Below are positions 37,972-47,895 of a stretch of DNA of 64,000 nucleotides, piece after piece. Location of the stretch: positions 2,385 through 66,384 of the forward strand of contig JBEKJO010000027.1 in assembly GCA_050011195.1 (NCBI GenBank), read 5' to 3'. Numbering within the stretch: position 1 is the stretch's first letter; every line of letters starts with the position of its first letter. The translations under genes and the position numbers were made by a program. The DNA is from Verrucomicrobiota bacterium. Lineage in GTDB: Bacteria > Verrucomicrobiota > Verrucomicrobiia > Limisphaerales > UBA8199. The notes beneath the pieces were generated by a model, which did no database searches, was not told the DNA's origin, and was given only the letters and a program-made list of their open reading frames with translations.

Positions 37972-39141
37972 TCACAGAGTTGGCAAGCTTAGTTTCGGTC
38001 CGGCCGCCGCCAAGTTGCAGCGTATATCCGCCACGCATTCCACATGCCGGGTATTCGGAAACATGTCCAACGGGACTACTTGCGCCAATTGAAAGACATC
38101 TTCGGCGCACAAAACGTTCAAGTCGCGCGCCATGGTCGCCGGGTGGCAGGAGACGTAGATGACTTGCGAGGGCCGCGCCCGGTGCAGCAAGTGCAACGTC
38201 TCCGGCTGGCAGCCCTTGCGCGGGGGGTCGAGCAGGACGGTTGTCGCCCGGGCGGTGGAGCGCGACAAGAGCGCCGGGAGCAGTTCCTCCGCGGCCCCGG
38301 CTACGAACTCGCCGTTGGTACGTGAGCGGGCCGCGGCGTTCCGACGCGCAGCCTGGATCGCCAACCGGTCCAATTCCACGCCGACAAAGGATTCGACCAG
38401 GTCACCGAGCTCAATGCTGAAAAACCCGACGCCGCAATAAACATCCAGCAGATGGCGGGTCCCGGCTTCTCGTAAGCGGTCACGCACGATTTGCACCAGT
38501 CGCGGCAGGAGGAAAAAGTTGTTCTGGAAGAAAGAGTCCGGCGGCACTTCCCAGCCGTCGGGGGGAATGCGCAGGACCACCTTGATTCCGCCCTTGGGCG
38601 GCGGGTGGGCGCGGACATAATGGATCTGGTCGTTAAGGGCTGGCTCGGCGATTTTGCATTCTTCGAGATCCAACACCAAGCGGCTGTCGGCGCGGATAAA
38701 GCCGATGTTCAAACCCTGTTTGAACTTGTCCCATTGGCTGCGGATCATGATGCGGTTTCGATAGGCGTAGGGCTGGGGGCAGGGGATCACTGGCGTGATA
38801 AGCCCGAGATCAAACCGGCCAATGCGCTGGAACAGATCGCCGATCTGCTTATGCTTGAGGCGGAGTTGGGCGGGGTAGGCCAGGTGCTGATACTGGCAGC
38901 CACCGCACTGGCCGAAGTAGCGGCAGAGCGGTTCGACCCGCTCGGGAGAAGGTGCGGTCACACGGAGAAGCCTGGCCCGCGCGAACCGCTTCTTCACCTC
39001 CGTAATCTCCGCTTCCACTGCTTCCCCCAACGCTACAAACGGGACAAAGACAACGAAATCCTCGACGCGGGCCACCCCTTCGCCCCCGAAGGCGATGTCG
39101 CCAATCGTCAAAGTCAACCTGTCGCCCAGAGCCAGACTCAC
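37972..39141 (-). CDS. TRAM-domain SAM-dependent RNA (uracil-5) methyltransferase (RlmD/RumA family)
   Basis: It has an N-terminal TRAM domain, the Cys cluster CRYFGQCGGCQYQH, the SAM motif DVYCGVG and the catalytic VSCHPAT. Confidence 0.85.
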   Translation of the reverse strand: MSLALGDRLTLTIGDIAFGGEGVARVEDFVVFVPFVALGEAVEAEITEVKKRFARARLLRVTAPSPERVEPLCRYFGQCGGCQYQHLAYPAQLRLKHKQIGDLFQRIGRFDLGLITPVIPCPQPYAYRNRIMIRSQWDKFKQGLNIGFIRADSRLVLDLEECKIAEPALNDQIHYVRAHPPPKGGIKVVLRIPPDGWEVPPDSFFQNNFFLLPRLVQIVRDRLREAGTRHLLDVYCGVGFFSIELGDLVESFVGVELDRLAIQAARRNAAARSRTNGEFVAGAAEELLPALLSRSTARATTVLLDPPRKGCQPETLHLLHRARPSQVIYVSCHPATMARDLNVLCAEDVFQLAQVVPLDMFPNTRHVECVADIRCNLAAAGPKLSLPTL

Positions 39142-39229
39142 GCCCAGGAAAGTAGAAAGTCCGGCAGGCAGGCAAAAGGACTTTCTGGTGACGAAGGTGG
39201 CGGCATTGTCCTCGGCGGTCGGGGGAGGG

Positions 39230-39442
39230 TTATCCTTCGTACTTGGTCATTTTATAATGGCCGCTCTCGTTCTGCTCGACTAACCCCTGGTCCACCAGTG
39301 AAGCCAGCGGCGCGTCCGCCCAATGCGGGTTCTCCTCAAAGACGGTGCGTTTCAGCGCCTTGCGCGCAATCTCCCTTCGCGCGACATAATCGTCCGGACT
39401 GCCCTTGAGAAAATTCATAATTGCAAATTCCTCATAACTCAT
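39230..39442 (-). CDS. Small hypothetical protein (70 aa)
   Basis: MSYEEFAIMNFLKGSPDDYVARREIARKAL... looks like a possible winged-helix protein. The start is chosen at 39442. Confidence 0.45.
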   Translation of the reverse strand: MSYEEFAIMNFLKGSPDDYVARREIARKALKRTVFEENPHWADAPLASLVDQGLVEQNESGHYKMTKYEG

Positions 39443-39544
39443 AACTTGTCTTTTGTTAGGCGCGCCGATACGCACCGACATTGGCGACCTCGCACGGCGC
39501 AAGGCAACAACTCGACAACTCTACTTGCGCCCGGACTCCAGCGC

Positions 39545-39598
39545 AAGAAAACCCCCGCAGCCGGGACCTGCATCCCGCGCTACGGGGGCTGACGTAAG
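39545..39598 (-). terminator. Rho-independent terminator downstream of gene 39618-39950
   Basis: On the minus strand, cccccgtagc gcgggatgcaggtcccg gctgcggggg is followed by TTTTCTT. Confidence 0.6.
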
Positions 39599-39617
39599 AT
39601 GCCGTAAAGCAACTCAG

Positions 39618-39950
39618 TTACTTGGCCAATTCGATCTTCGAGGCGGTGAACTCGTTCTTGCCCTCGACTTTCTTGACCGTGCCGGTGGCCGTGACCTTTT
39701 TGGCTTCCTTGCACACGTTCTCGTGGAAGGCTTTGCTCACGTCGTTTTCGACCAGGTAATAGTTAACGGTTTTCCCGTTCTTGTTTTCCACCTGGATGAC
39801 GGTTTGGCATTTGTCGCCTTGCTTGAGCAGGCACTTGGCACACTTGGCTTCGCCGGTAATGGTTTTTTCCTTATCGGCGGCCAATGTCGGAGTGGCAATC
39901 GCCAGCAACAGAAGGCCCGCAACGGCTGTGAATAGTAACGTTTTCTTCAT
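39618..39950 (-). CDS. Small secreted Lys-rich protein, function unknown
   Basis: The signal peptide is MKKTLLFTAVAGLLLLAIATPTLAA. Conserved Cys pairs are present. Confidence 0.65.
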   Translation of the reverse strand: MKKTLLFTAVAGLLLLAIATPTLAADKEKTITGEAKCAKCLLKQGDKCQTVIQVENKNGKTVNYYLVENDVSKAFHENVCKEAKKVTATGTVKKVEGKNEFTASKIELAK

Positions 39951-40105
39951 AGGTAGTTTATTGTGCTTTGTTGGGTTAACACCAACGGATATGAGACAAG
40001 GTGGCCCTGGTTCCGTTCAAACAGGAATGGAGCATTCCGAATGCGAATGGCCGGGAGGCATCAAGCCAAACCCCGGAACCCAACACCAACCGCGTTGTCG
40101 GCGAA

Positions 40106-42604
40106 TCAGCTTGAGAGCGCGCCTTCGGCGGCGGCCTTCTGCGAGAAGACCAGACGGTCGTTATCCACGGTCACGAGGATGGGTTCGCCTTCGTGGAAGA
40201 TGCCGCGGAGGATTTCTTCGGCCAAAGGATCTTCCAGGGAACGCTCGACGGCGCGGCGCATGGGGCGCGCGCCATAGAGCGGGTCGTATCCCTTGCTCAC
40301 CAGGAGGTCCTTGGCCTTGTCATCGAGCTGAAGTATGATGTTTCTGGCCTTAAGCCGTTGCATGACCTTGGTGATTTCCAAACCGAGGATTTCAATCAGA
40401 TCCGGCTTGGTGAGCGCGCGGAAGACGATGATGTCGTCCAGACGATTCAGGAACTCCGGCCGGAACGTCTTCTTGGCTTCGTCCATGATCTTGTCGCGCA
40501 TTTTCTCGTAGCTGTTCTCGTCGGTGATCGGCGAGAAGCCGAGTGTCGATTGCTTTCGAATGGTGTCGGAGCCGACGTTCGAGGTCATCAGGATGATGGT
40601 GTTGCGGAAATTGACGACGCGGCCAACGTTGTCGGTCAACTTGCCTTCCTCGAGGATCTGCAAAAGCATGTTCCACACGTCCGGGTGCGCCTTTTCGATC
40701 TCGTCGAAGAGCACGACCGAATAGGGCTTGCGGCGCACCTGCTCGGTAAGCTGGCCCCCTTCTTCGTAGCCCACGTAGCCGGGCGGGGACCCGATCAGGC
40801 GGGAAACATTGAATTTCTCCATGTACTCGCTCATGTCGAGCTGGATGAGGGCCTTGGAGTCGCCAAATAACTGCTCGGCCAGCGTCTTGGCGAGCAGAGT
40901 CTTGCCGACACCGGTGGGGCCCAGCAGCGCAAAGGTGCCGATGGGGCGGCGCGGGTCTTTGAGGTCGGCGCGGGAGCGCCGCAGGGCTTTACACAGGGAC
41001 GAGACGGCTTCGTGCTGGCCGATGACCACCTTGCTCATCTCGGTTTCGACCTGGAGCAACCGCTGCATCTCACCTTGCTCCATACGTTGCAAGGGGATGC
41101 CGGTCCATTTAGAGACCACATGCAGGATGTCTTCCTCGTTCACCTTGACGCGCTTTTCTTCACGGGTGACGCGCCACTCCTTCAAAACCGCTTCAAGCCT
41201 TTCCTTGGCCTGTTTCTCTTTGTCGCGCATGGACGCCGCGCCTTCGAAATCCTGGTTCTTGATCGCCCGTTCCTTCTTGGCCTTGATCTCCTCAATGTCG
41301 GCTTCAAGCCCTTTGACCTCCGGCGGCCGGGTCATGGTGCCGATACGCGCCCTTGAGCCGGCTTCGTCCATCACGTCGATGGCTTTGTCCGGCAGGTACC
41401 GATCAGTGATGTAACGGTCCGAGAGTCGGACCGAAGCCTCGATGGCTTTGTCCGTGAACTCCGCCTTGTGATGCTCTTCGTATTTCGGGCGGAGGCCCTT
41501 GAGGATCAGAATCGCTTCATCGATCGACGGGGCTTCGACTTTGACGGCCTGGAAGCGCCGCTCCAACGCCGCGTCCTTCTCGATGTACTTGCGATACTCG
41601 TTGAGCGTGGTGGCGCCGATGCACTGGAGTTCGCCGCGGCTCAGAGCGGGTTTGATAATGTTCGAGGCGTCCATCGTGCCTTCGGCGGAGCCGGCGCCGA
41701 CGATTGTGTGCAACTCGTCAATGAACAAAATGATGTTCTTGGAGCGGCGAATCTCGTCCATGACGGCTTTGATGCGCTCTTCGAACTGGCCACGATACTT
41801 GGTGCCGGCGACCATTAAGGCCAGGTCGAGGGTGATCACGCGCCGGTCGCGGAGGAGTTCCGGGACGTTGCCCGACGCGATTTCTTGCGCCAAACCCTCA
41901 ACGATGGCGGTCTTGCCGACGCCGGCCTCACCCAAAAGCACCGGATTGTTCTTGGTGCGGCGACACAGGATCTGAATTACACGCTCAATTTCGCTCTTGC
42001 GCCCGATGACAGGGTCCATCTCCCCTTTGCGGGCGATCTCGGTCAGATCGCGGCCAAAGGCCTTCAGCGCGGGGGTTTTGATTTCGCCTTTCTTCTCGGG
42101 GGCCGGTTTCTCCGGGGCCTCGCCCGGGGCTGATTCATCTTGCGCGGCGAAATTGGGATCGAGTTCTTTCAGGATTTCCTGCCGGGTCTGTTCAATATCG
42201 ACATCCAGGTTCTTGAGGACGCGCGCGGCCACACCATCGCCCTCGCGCAGCAGACCCAGCAGGATGTGCTCCGTGCCGACGTAGGTGTGGTTGAGGGCCT
42301 TGGCTTCTTTTTGAGCCAGTGCCAGGACTTTCTTCACCCGTGGCGTGTACGGAATGTTGCCCATCATCTTCTGATCGGGTCCAGTGCCAACCTGCTTCTC
42401 CACTTCCAGGCGGACAGTCTCCAGGTCGAGGCCCAGTTTCTGAAGGACATTAACGGCGACACCCTGACCCAACTTGATGAGTCCGAGCAAAAGGTGTTCC
42501 GTGCCGACAAAGTTGTGGTTGAAACGGTCGGCTTCTTTGCGCGCCAGCGCGAGCACCTGCTGCGCCCGCGGAGTAAAATTGTTCATGGCTTCCTGATCGC
42601 TCAT
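40106..42604 (-). CDS. clpC: ATP-dependent Clp protease ATP-binding subunit ClpC
   Basis: It has two Clp_N repeats, two AAA+ modules ([16 protein letters not shown]) and a UVR motif between them. Confidence 0.95.
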   Translation of the reverse strand: MSDQEAMNNFTPRAQQVLALARKEADRFNHNFVGTEHLLLGLIKLGQGVAVNVLQKLGLDLETVRLEVEKQVGTGPDQKMMGNIPYTPRVKKVLALAQKEAKALNHTYVGTEHILLGLLREGDGVAARVLKNLDVDIEQTRQEILKELDPNFAAQDESAPGEAPEKPAPEKKGEIKTPALKAFGRDLTEIARKGEMDPVIGRKSEIERVIQILCRRTKNNPVLLGEAGVGKTAIVEGLAQEIASGNVPELLRDRRVITLDLALMVAGTKYRGQFEERIKAVMDEIRRSKNIILFIDELHTIVGAGSAEGTMDASNIIKPALSRGELQCIGATTLNEYRKYIEKDAALERRFQAVKVEAPSIDEAILILKGLRPKYEEHHKAEFTDKAIEASVRLSDRYITDRYLPDKAIDVMDEAGSRARIGTMTRPPEVKGLEADIEEIKAKKERAIKNQDFEGAASMRDKEKQAKERLEAVLKEWRVTREEKRVKVNEEDILHVVSKWTGIPLQRMEQGEMQRLLQVETEMSKVVIGQHEAVSSLCKALRRSRADLKDPRRPIGTFALLGPTGVGKTLLAKTLAEQLFGDSKALIQLDMSEYMEKFNVSRLIGSPPGYVGYEEGGQLTEQVRRKPYSVVLFDEIEKAHPDVWNMLLQILEEGKLTDNVGRVVNFRNTIILMTSNVGSDTIRKQSTLGFSPITDENSYEKMRDKIMDEAKKTFRPEFLNRLDDIIVFRALTKPDLIEILGLEITKVMQRLKARNIILQLDDKAKDLLVSKGYDPLYGARPMRRAVERSLEDPLAEEILRGIFHEGEPILVTVDNDRLVFSQKAAAEGALSS

Positions 42605-42618
42605 ACTTCAAAGTGCAA

Positions 42619-43731
42619 TTACTTGGCCGGTTTGTCCAATCCGGCACCCGGCGATGCCGCCGGCGGGACGACGGGGCGGCTGACCGGCCGCAAGCGCTCG
42701 CGCACCATATCGGCACGGAGCAAGTCTCGTTCCTCGGCCGAAAGCTTCTCTGAATGCTGCTTCTGCAAGTGGGCCGGTTGTGTCAACATGAACAACTCAT
42801 CCACCAGGGACCGGTCCACGCCAGGGAACGATCCCAAATCCACCCCCAGGCGCATCAGCGATAGCAGATTCATCGTCTCTTTCGAAGAGATGCTGTGGGC
42901 ATTGGCCAGAATTCCGTACGCGCGCCCGATGTGGTTATAGACCATTTTGGGCTTCTTCTCCAAAAGGGTCCCCCGCGCGTTTTCCTCGTGCTCGATAAGC
43001 TGGGCCAGGACCTTCTCCAACCGCTCGACAATAGCCCCCTCGGATTCGCCCAAGGTCATCTGGTTGGACACCTGGAAGACGTTGCCCAACGCCTCGGTGC
43101 CCTCGCCATAGAGGCCACGGACGGCCAAGCCGAGTTTATTGACCGACTGAATGATGGGGTTAATCTGTTCGGCCAGGACCAGCCCGGGCAGGTGAAGCAT
43201 GGCGCTGACCCGGATGCCCGTGCCGAGGTTGGTCGGACAAGCCGTCAAGTAGCCGAGTTCGGGACTAAAGGCATAATTCAGCGTTTTCTCCAAGGTGGAA
43301 TCCGCCTGGTCAATCGTCGCCCAGGCCTGCCGAAGTTGCAGGCCGGGGCGCAGGGCCTGCATGCGCAGATGATCCTCCTCGTTGATCATGAAGCAAAGCG
43401 TTTCCTCCCGATTCAACACCAATCCGCTGCCCGCGCTCTTGGCGGCATGCTCCCGGCTGATGAGATGGCGTTCAACGAGGATCTGCTTGTCCAGGGAGGA
43501 CAGGCCATCCATCGTCCCGGAGAAGGCGCCCTTCATTTCGGGCAGGGCTTCTATGGTGGGCCGAATCATTTCCAGCACGCGAACCCGTTCGGGCTTCTTG
43601 GCCCAGCCGGGGAAGGCGGCGTCCTTGAGGTTGCGCGCCAGGCGGACGCGGCTGGACATAACGATCCGGTCGTGCGGCCCTTTGCGCCGCGCGCTCTCGG
43701 CCGGGGGGATAAGAAAGACGTGAAGTTCCAT
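42619..43731 (-). CDS. mcsB: Protein arginine kinase McsB
   Basis: NEEDHLR, CPTNLGTG and the guanido-kinase core are present. The start is at MELHVF (43731), and the ORF-track extension is rejected. Confidence 0.9.
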   Translation of the reverse strand: MELHVFLIPPAESARRKGPHDRIVMSSRVRLARNLKDAAFPGWAKKPERVRVLEMIRPTIEALPEMKGAFSGTMDGLSSLDKQILVERHLISREHAAKSAGSGLVLNREETLCFMINEEDHLRMQALRPGLQLRQAWATIDQADSTLEKTLNYAFSPELGYLTACPTNLGTGIRVSAMLHLPGLVLAEQINPIIQSVNKLGLAVRGLYGEGTEALGNVFQVSNQMTLGESEGAIVERLEKVLAQLIEHEENARGTLLEKKPKMVYNHIGRAYGILANAHSISSKETMNLLSLMRLGVDLGSFPGVDRSLVDELFMLTQPAHLQKQHSEKLSAEERDLLRADMVRERLRPVSRPVVPPAASPGAGLDKPAK

Positions 43732-43736
43732 GAGGG

Positions 43737-44246
43737 TCACCTCGCTGTGGGAGTGGTTCCCCGAGAGGTGGTTTGCTTGATTTCGTCCCGCAATACGGCG
43801 GCCTTCTCGAAGTCTTCCTGCTCGATGGCTTTGTTCAGCTTCTTCTGGAGGAGCAGGAGGCGGTCGCACAAATCGCGGTTCTGGCGTAAAGATTCGGGAA
43901 CTTTGCCTGCATGCCGCGTCCCTTTGTGCATGGTCTTGAGCAAGCCTTCGAGGGGCTCGGCGAAGGTCTGGTAACATTCCGGGCAGCCCAGCCGGCCCGC
44001 CTTCTTGAAATCCGCCTGGGTGAAGCCGCAGGCGGGGCACTTCAGGCCTGTGACGCCGCCGGCCTGTTCAATTTCCTGCGAGGCCCCCAGGCCGAGCAGC
44101 AGGTCCGCTAACGAGAATCCAGTAGGGTCGTTTACGCCCTTGGTCTTGGCGCATTCCTCGCAGAGGTCCACCTTCTGCATTTTGTCCCCGGCGATCTGGG
44201 TCAAATGAACCGTTGCTTCCTTTTCCTTGCAGATGCAGCACAACAT
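43737..44246 (-). CDS. mcsA: McsA-like activator (zinc-finger plus UVR motif)
   Basis: It has CxxC pairs (CCIC, CEEC, CPAC, CPEC) and the C-terminal UVR motif FEKAAVLRDEIK. Confidence 0.85.
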   Translation of the reverse strand: MLCCICKEKEATVHLTQIAGDKMQKVDLCEECAKTKGVNDPTGFSLADLLLGLGASQEIEQAGGVTGLKCPACGFTQADFKKAGRLGCPECYQTFAEPLEGLLKTMHKGTRHAGKVPESLRQNRDLCDRLLLLQKKLNKAIEQEDFEKAAVLRDEIKQTTSRGTTPTAR

Positions 44247-44253
44247 AAATTCG

Positions 44254-45126
44254 CTAACCGTATATCGGCTCGCCGGAGGCTTTAGTCAAGGCATGGTATT
44301 GGGCCACCAGGTTCTCCGTAACCGGCCCCGGCTTCCCGGTGCCGATGACCCGCCCGTCAATCTTCACCACGGGCGCCAACTCGGCGGCGGTGCCGGTCAA
44401 AAAACACTCGTCCGCATTGAATAAATCGTAGCGGGTCAGGTTCGGTTCGCTCACCTTCAAGCCGGCTTCCGCGGCCAGCTCCATGACCACCCGCCGCGTA
44501 ATCCCGTACAACGCCCCCGCGGAAAGCGGCGGCGTGAACAAGTGCCCGTCCTTGACGATGAACAGATTGTCGCCGGTGCACTCCGCCACGAACCCCTCGG
44601 CGTTCAACATGATCGCCTCCTCGCAGCCCGCATTGTTCGCCTCGATCTTGGCCAGAATGTTGTTCAGGTAGTTCAACGACTTGATGGCCGGGTTCAGCGC
44701 GCTGTGCAGATTGCGCGTCGTCGGCACGGTGATAATGTCCATCCCGCGCTTATAAATCTCCTCCGCGTAAAGCTGAATCTTCCCGGCAATAATGATCACC
44801 GACGGACTCTTGCAACGGCTGGGATTCAGGCCCAGCGTTCCAGGCCCGCGCGTCACCACCAGCCGGACATAACCATCGCGAATCTTGTTCCGGCGGTAAG
44901 TCTCGACCACCGCCGCCATGACTTCCTGATGGGTCATCGGAATCTTCAGCAGAATGGACTTCGCCGAACAAAACAACCGGTCAATGTGCTCCTTCAATTT
45001 GAATACCCGGCCATTGTACGCGCGAATCCCCTCGTAAATGCCGTCTCCATACAACAGCCCGTGGTCGAAGACTGAAATCCTGGCGTGCCGTTCGTCGCAG
45101 TATTTTCCGTCGATATAGATTTTCAT
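44254..45126 (-). CDS. ilvE: Branched-chain amino acid aminotransferase (class IV)
   Basis: The protein reads MKIYIDGKY...VFDHGLLYGDGIYEGIRAY. The start is at 45126. Confidence 0.9.
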   Translation of the reverse strand: MKIYIDGKYCDERHARISVFDHGLLYGDGIYEGIRAYNGRVFKLKEHIDRLFCSAKSILLKIPMTHQEVMAAVVETYRRNKIRDGYVRLVVTRGPGTLGLNPSRCKSPSVIIIAGKIQLYAEEIYKRGMDIITVPTTRNLHSALNPAIKSLNYLNNILAKIEANNAGCEEAIMLNAEGFVAECTGDNLFIVKDGHLFTPPLSAGALYGITRRVVMELAAEAGLKVSEPNLTRYDLFNADECFLTGTAAELAPVVKIDGRVIGTGKPGPVTENLVAQYHALTKASGEPIYG

Positions 45127-45200
45127 GCCTAAAGTCCACACCAGCCTACGTAAAAAATGCCGCTAAAGCAACCCGGGATTCGCCGGCGGCTTTGGGGGGG

Positions 45201-45373
45201 GGCGCATCCTGACACTGCCCCCGGACCGCGAGCCGTCCGCGGCTCGCAGCGCGTTGGAATGTGAGAGAGCTTCGAGCATTGTTTCGCGTTCGTGGCTGCT
45301 GCGAGCCGCGGACGGCTCGCGGTCCGTCACCGTTGGGCGTTCTCACTCCTTGGTGGCAGTATCGAGATGCGCC
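45201..45373. repeat. Palindromic dispersed element, family A (copy 1)
   Basis: The outer arms are ggcgcatcctgacactgcc and ggcagtatcgagatgcgcc. The inner arms are ggaccgcgagccgtccgcggctcgc and gcgagccgcggacggctcgcggtcc. Confidence 0.85.
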
Positions 45374-45472
45374 CGTTTTGAGGGTTGCAGTCCCCCCGTT
45401 GCCCGGCCCTCATTTTTCGATATATTTGCGTGACAGCCGCGGCCAGGTGACTATATTTCCTCGCCCTTGGAC

Positions 45473-45547
45473 GACCCTATCGTCTAGCGGTTAGGACACC
45501 GCCCTTTCACGGCGGCGGCACGGGTTCGAGTCCCGTTAGGGTCGCCA
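45473..45547 (+). tRNA. tRNA-Glu (anticodon TTC), CCA encoded
   Basis: The acceptor stem gacccta pairs with tagggtc, the anticodon loop is cTTTCAc, and the T-arm is gggttcgagtccc. It aligns closely with canonical bacterial tRNA-Glu. Confidence 0.95.
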
Positions 45548-45606
45548 CCTGCATGAATGTTCCCCCGCGCGTCCTTGACGAGGAACACCCTCCCGTGTTT
45601 CCAACC

Positions 45607-45639
45607 GGAAGGGCGGCCCGTTATCGGGCCGCCCTTTCC
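45607..45639 (+). terminator. Strong hairpin downstream of tRNA-Glu
   Basis: The hairpin is ggaagggcggccc gttatc gggccgccctttcc. There is no clear U-tract. Confidence 0.3.
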
Positions 45640-46130
45640 CATTGCACTAATAATGTCTCAAGAGGCTAAACACCTCGGACCGCAGTTGGTCTCGAAATAC
45701 TTCAAAATAAGGCTTGCCAAAGGGCGGCGGGTTGCCGTATAAACAATGGCGCCGGGCTATGATAGTTTTAGTTTCAGTTCAGTTGGCCGACGCGGTTGTT
45801 AACGGGATGGCTTGCCTCTCGATTGGCCTCGTCGGGTATCTCTTCTGCCTGCGCTTTCGGGAAAGGCGCGAGCAGAAGAAAGTGCAACGGGAGCGTGATC
45901 GCGACCGCCGAAAGCATTGGGGTTACATTTGAGCATTGAAAGGCGCGCCGTTGCCACTCTGGCGCGGGTTTGCAGGACTTGCCGTGCCTGAGTTCAGCCA
46001 GGCACGCGGAATGTCCTGCTGAGTGGATGCCGCTGCCGTCGTTCTTTTGTCCGGGTGGCGTACAGCCTTTGCCTCCCCTGGGGTTCCCCATCCCCAAACC
46101 TGCCAAGGCGTAAGCTGCCCGGACTGCCTT

Positions 46131-46517
46131 TCAGCTTTTCCAATCGAACGCGCGCTTCTTCACAGCATAGAGGTAACCGACGAACAGGATGGCCAGGAAA
46201 GAGACCATCGCGCCGAGAATCACCCCGCCGTTTTCCTTGAGCATTTCCCTGTAAATGACCGCCCAGGGATAGAGAAAGACCACTTCGATATCGAAGAGAA
46301 TGAAGAGCATCGCGACGAGATAGAACTTCACCGAAAGCCGCGCGCTGCCTTCGCCCACCGGCACCATCCCGCATTCGTAAGGGGTGTCCTTGACCGGCGG
46401 GCGCTGGCCCCGTTTGCCCAGGACCACCGACATTACCAACATGCCGAACGAAAACACCACCGCCAGCACCCCGAGCATCAACACCGGGAGATACTGCGTC
46501 AGTTGCAATTCTTCCAT
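46131..46517 (-). CDS. nuoA: NADH-quinone oxidoreductase subunit A
   Basis: The protein reads PYECGM...KFYLVAMLFILFDIEVVFLYPWA. Confidence 0.9.
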   Translation of the reverse strand: MEELQLTQYLPVLMLGVLAVVFSFGMLVMSVVLGKRGQRPPVKDTPYECGMVPVGEGSARLSVKFYLVAMLFILFDIEVVFLYPWAVIYREMLKENGGVILGAMVSFLAILFVGYLYAVKKRAFDWKS

Positions 46518-46569
46518 GGGGCGAATCTAAGGTTCCCCCGCGCGTTGGCAAGTTGAATCCCCAACGCGG

Positions 46570-46713
46570 CAAGATTCGCCCTTTATCCGGACCGCGAGCC
46601 GTCCCCGGCTCGCAGCGCGTTGGAAGGTGCAAGAGCTTCGACCGTCATTTCGCGTCCGTGGCTGCTGCGAGCCGGGGACGGCTCGCGGTCCGGGGACAGT
46701 ATCCCGCTGCGCG
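46570..46713. repeat. Family A element (copy 2)
   Basis: The arms are ccggaccgcgagccgtccccggctcgcagc and gctgcgagccggggacggctcgcggtccgg. Confidence 0.8.
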
Positions 46714-46772
46714 TTTCCTGCCGCTCTTTTCGCCGTGCATTTTTCCCGCCGCCGTGCTAAATTGGCGCGCAA

Positions 46773-47627
46773 ATGTATCCTCCGGTCGTTACCAAAGATC
46801 CGACTGCGGTCGAGGTCGAGGTGCAAGCCGCCTGCCGGGCGATGTTTCCCGAGGCCGATCCCATGTTCGTGCCGCGGGTTTTCGGCTGGGCGATCGAGTG
46901 TTTCACGGGCAACTACCGGGATTATCAGGCGGTGGATGCCCGCTACCATGATTTTGAGCACACGCTGCAAGGCACACTCTGCCTGGGGCGGCTGCTGCGC
47001 GGACGGCACGCAGCGGGGGCCCAGCCGCAACTCTCCCAGCGCATGTTTCAACTCGCTCTGGCGGCGGTCCTGCTCCATGACACCGGCTATCTGAAAAGGC
47101 GCGACGACACCGAAGGCACCGGCGCAAAATACACCGTCATTCATGTTAAGCGCAGCGCGGACTTCGCCGCGCAACTGCTGCAAGAGAAAGGCTTCAGTGC
47201 CGGCGACATCAAGGCCGTGCAAAACATGATCTCCTGCACCGGTATCAACGCGGCGCTCAGTGCCATTCCTTTCCAGAGCGAAATGGAGAAGGTGGCCGGC
47301 TTCGCCCTGGGCACCGCTGATTTGCTGGGCCAAATGGCCGCGGAGGATTATGTGGATAAACTCCCGGTTCTCTATGCCGAGTTTGCGGAGGCCGCCCGCT
47401 ACTCCAAAGATCGAACCCATTTCGTCGCCCTGTTCACCAGCGCGGACGATCTAATGTGGAAGACCCCGACTTTCTGGGAGAAACTGGTCCGCGTGAAACT
47501 GGACCGGGATTTCGGGGGTCTGCACCGCTTTTTGAACGACCCGTATCCTTCCGGCCCCAATGCCTATGTCCAACGCATCGAGGCCAACCTCGAACGCCTG
47601 CGCCAGCGCTTAACGCCGGTCACCTGA
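46773..47627 (+). CDS. HD-domain phosphohydrolase-like protein
   Basis: The motifs YHDFEHT and LLHDTGY are present. Confidence 0.7.
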   Translation: MYPPVVTKDPTAVEVEVQAACRAMFPEADPMFVPRVFGWAIECFTGNYRDYQAVDARYHDFEHTLQGTLCLGRLLRGRHAAGAQPQLSQRMFQLALAAVLLHDTGYLKRRDDTEGTGAKYTVIHVKRSADFAAQLLQEKGFSAGDIKAVQNMISCTGINAALSAIPFQSEMEKVAGFALGTADLLGQMAAEDYVDKLPVLYAEFAEAARYSKDRTHFVALFTSADDLMWKTPTFWEKLVRVKLDRDFGGLHRFLNDPYPSGPNAYVQRIEANLERLRQRLTPVT

Positions 47628-47812
47628 CGGTGTGTCTCAACACTACCCCCGGACCGCGAGCCGTCCCCGGCTCGCAGCACATTCGACCGTGTAGGCAGCG
47701 GGCCAGAAGTTCAATCGCCGTTTCGCATTGGTGGCCGCTGCGAGCCGGGGACGGCTCGCGGTCCGTGACTGTTGGGCGTCCTCACTCTTTGGTGGCAGTG
47801 TGCGGATGCGCC
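47628..47812. repeat. Family A element (copy 3)
   Basis: It has the same inner arms, and the outer right arm is ggcagtgtgcggatgcgcc. Confidence 0.8.
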
Positions 47813-47895
47813 CCGGTGCGCTTCAGGGTTGTTTCGGTCCGGCGCAACAGGCAAAACTCCAGCCGCATCGCGTGACCTATAACCGGCATCGCACT

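Noticed and set aside
43732-44040. The N-terminal extensions of mcsB (to 44040), sucC (to 17068), ilvE (to 45141), the HAD-NUDIX gene (from 57601), the ClC gene (from 30515) and the secreted protein (from 47728)
   Set aside because: The extensions overlap neighbouring genes or repeat elements and have low-complexity composition. Conserved N-termini begin at internal ATGs with sensible spacing.
45714-45932. A possible small membrane protein downstream of tRNA-Glu
   Set aside because: It has a single hydrophobic segment with a basic tail in a lower-GC spacer. The support is too weak to call, so it is left unannotated.
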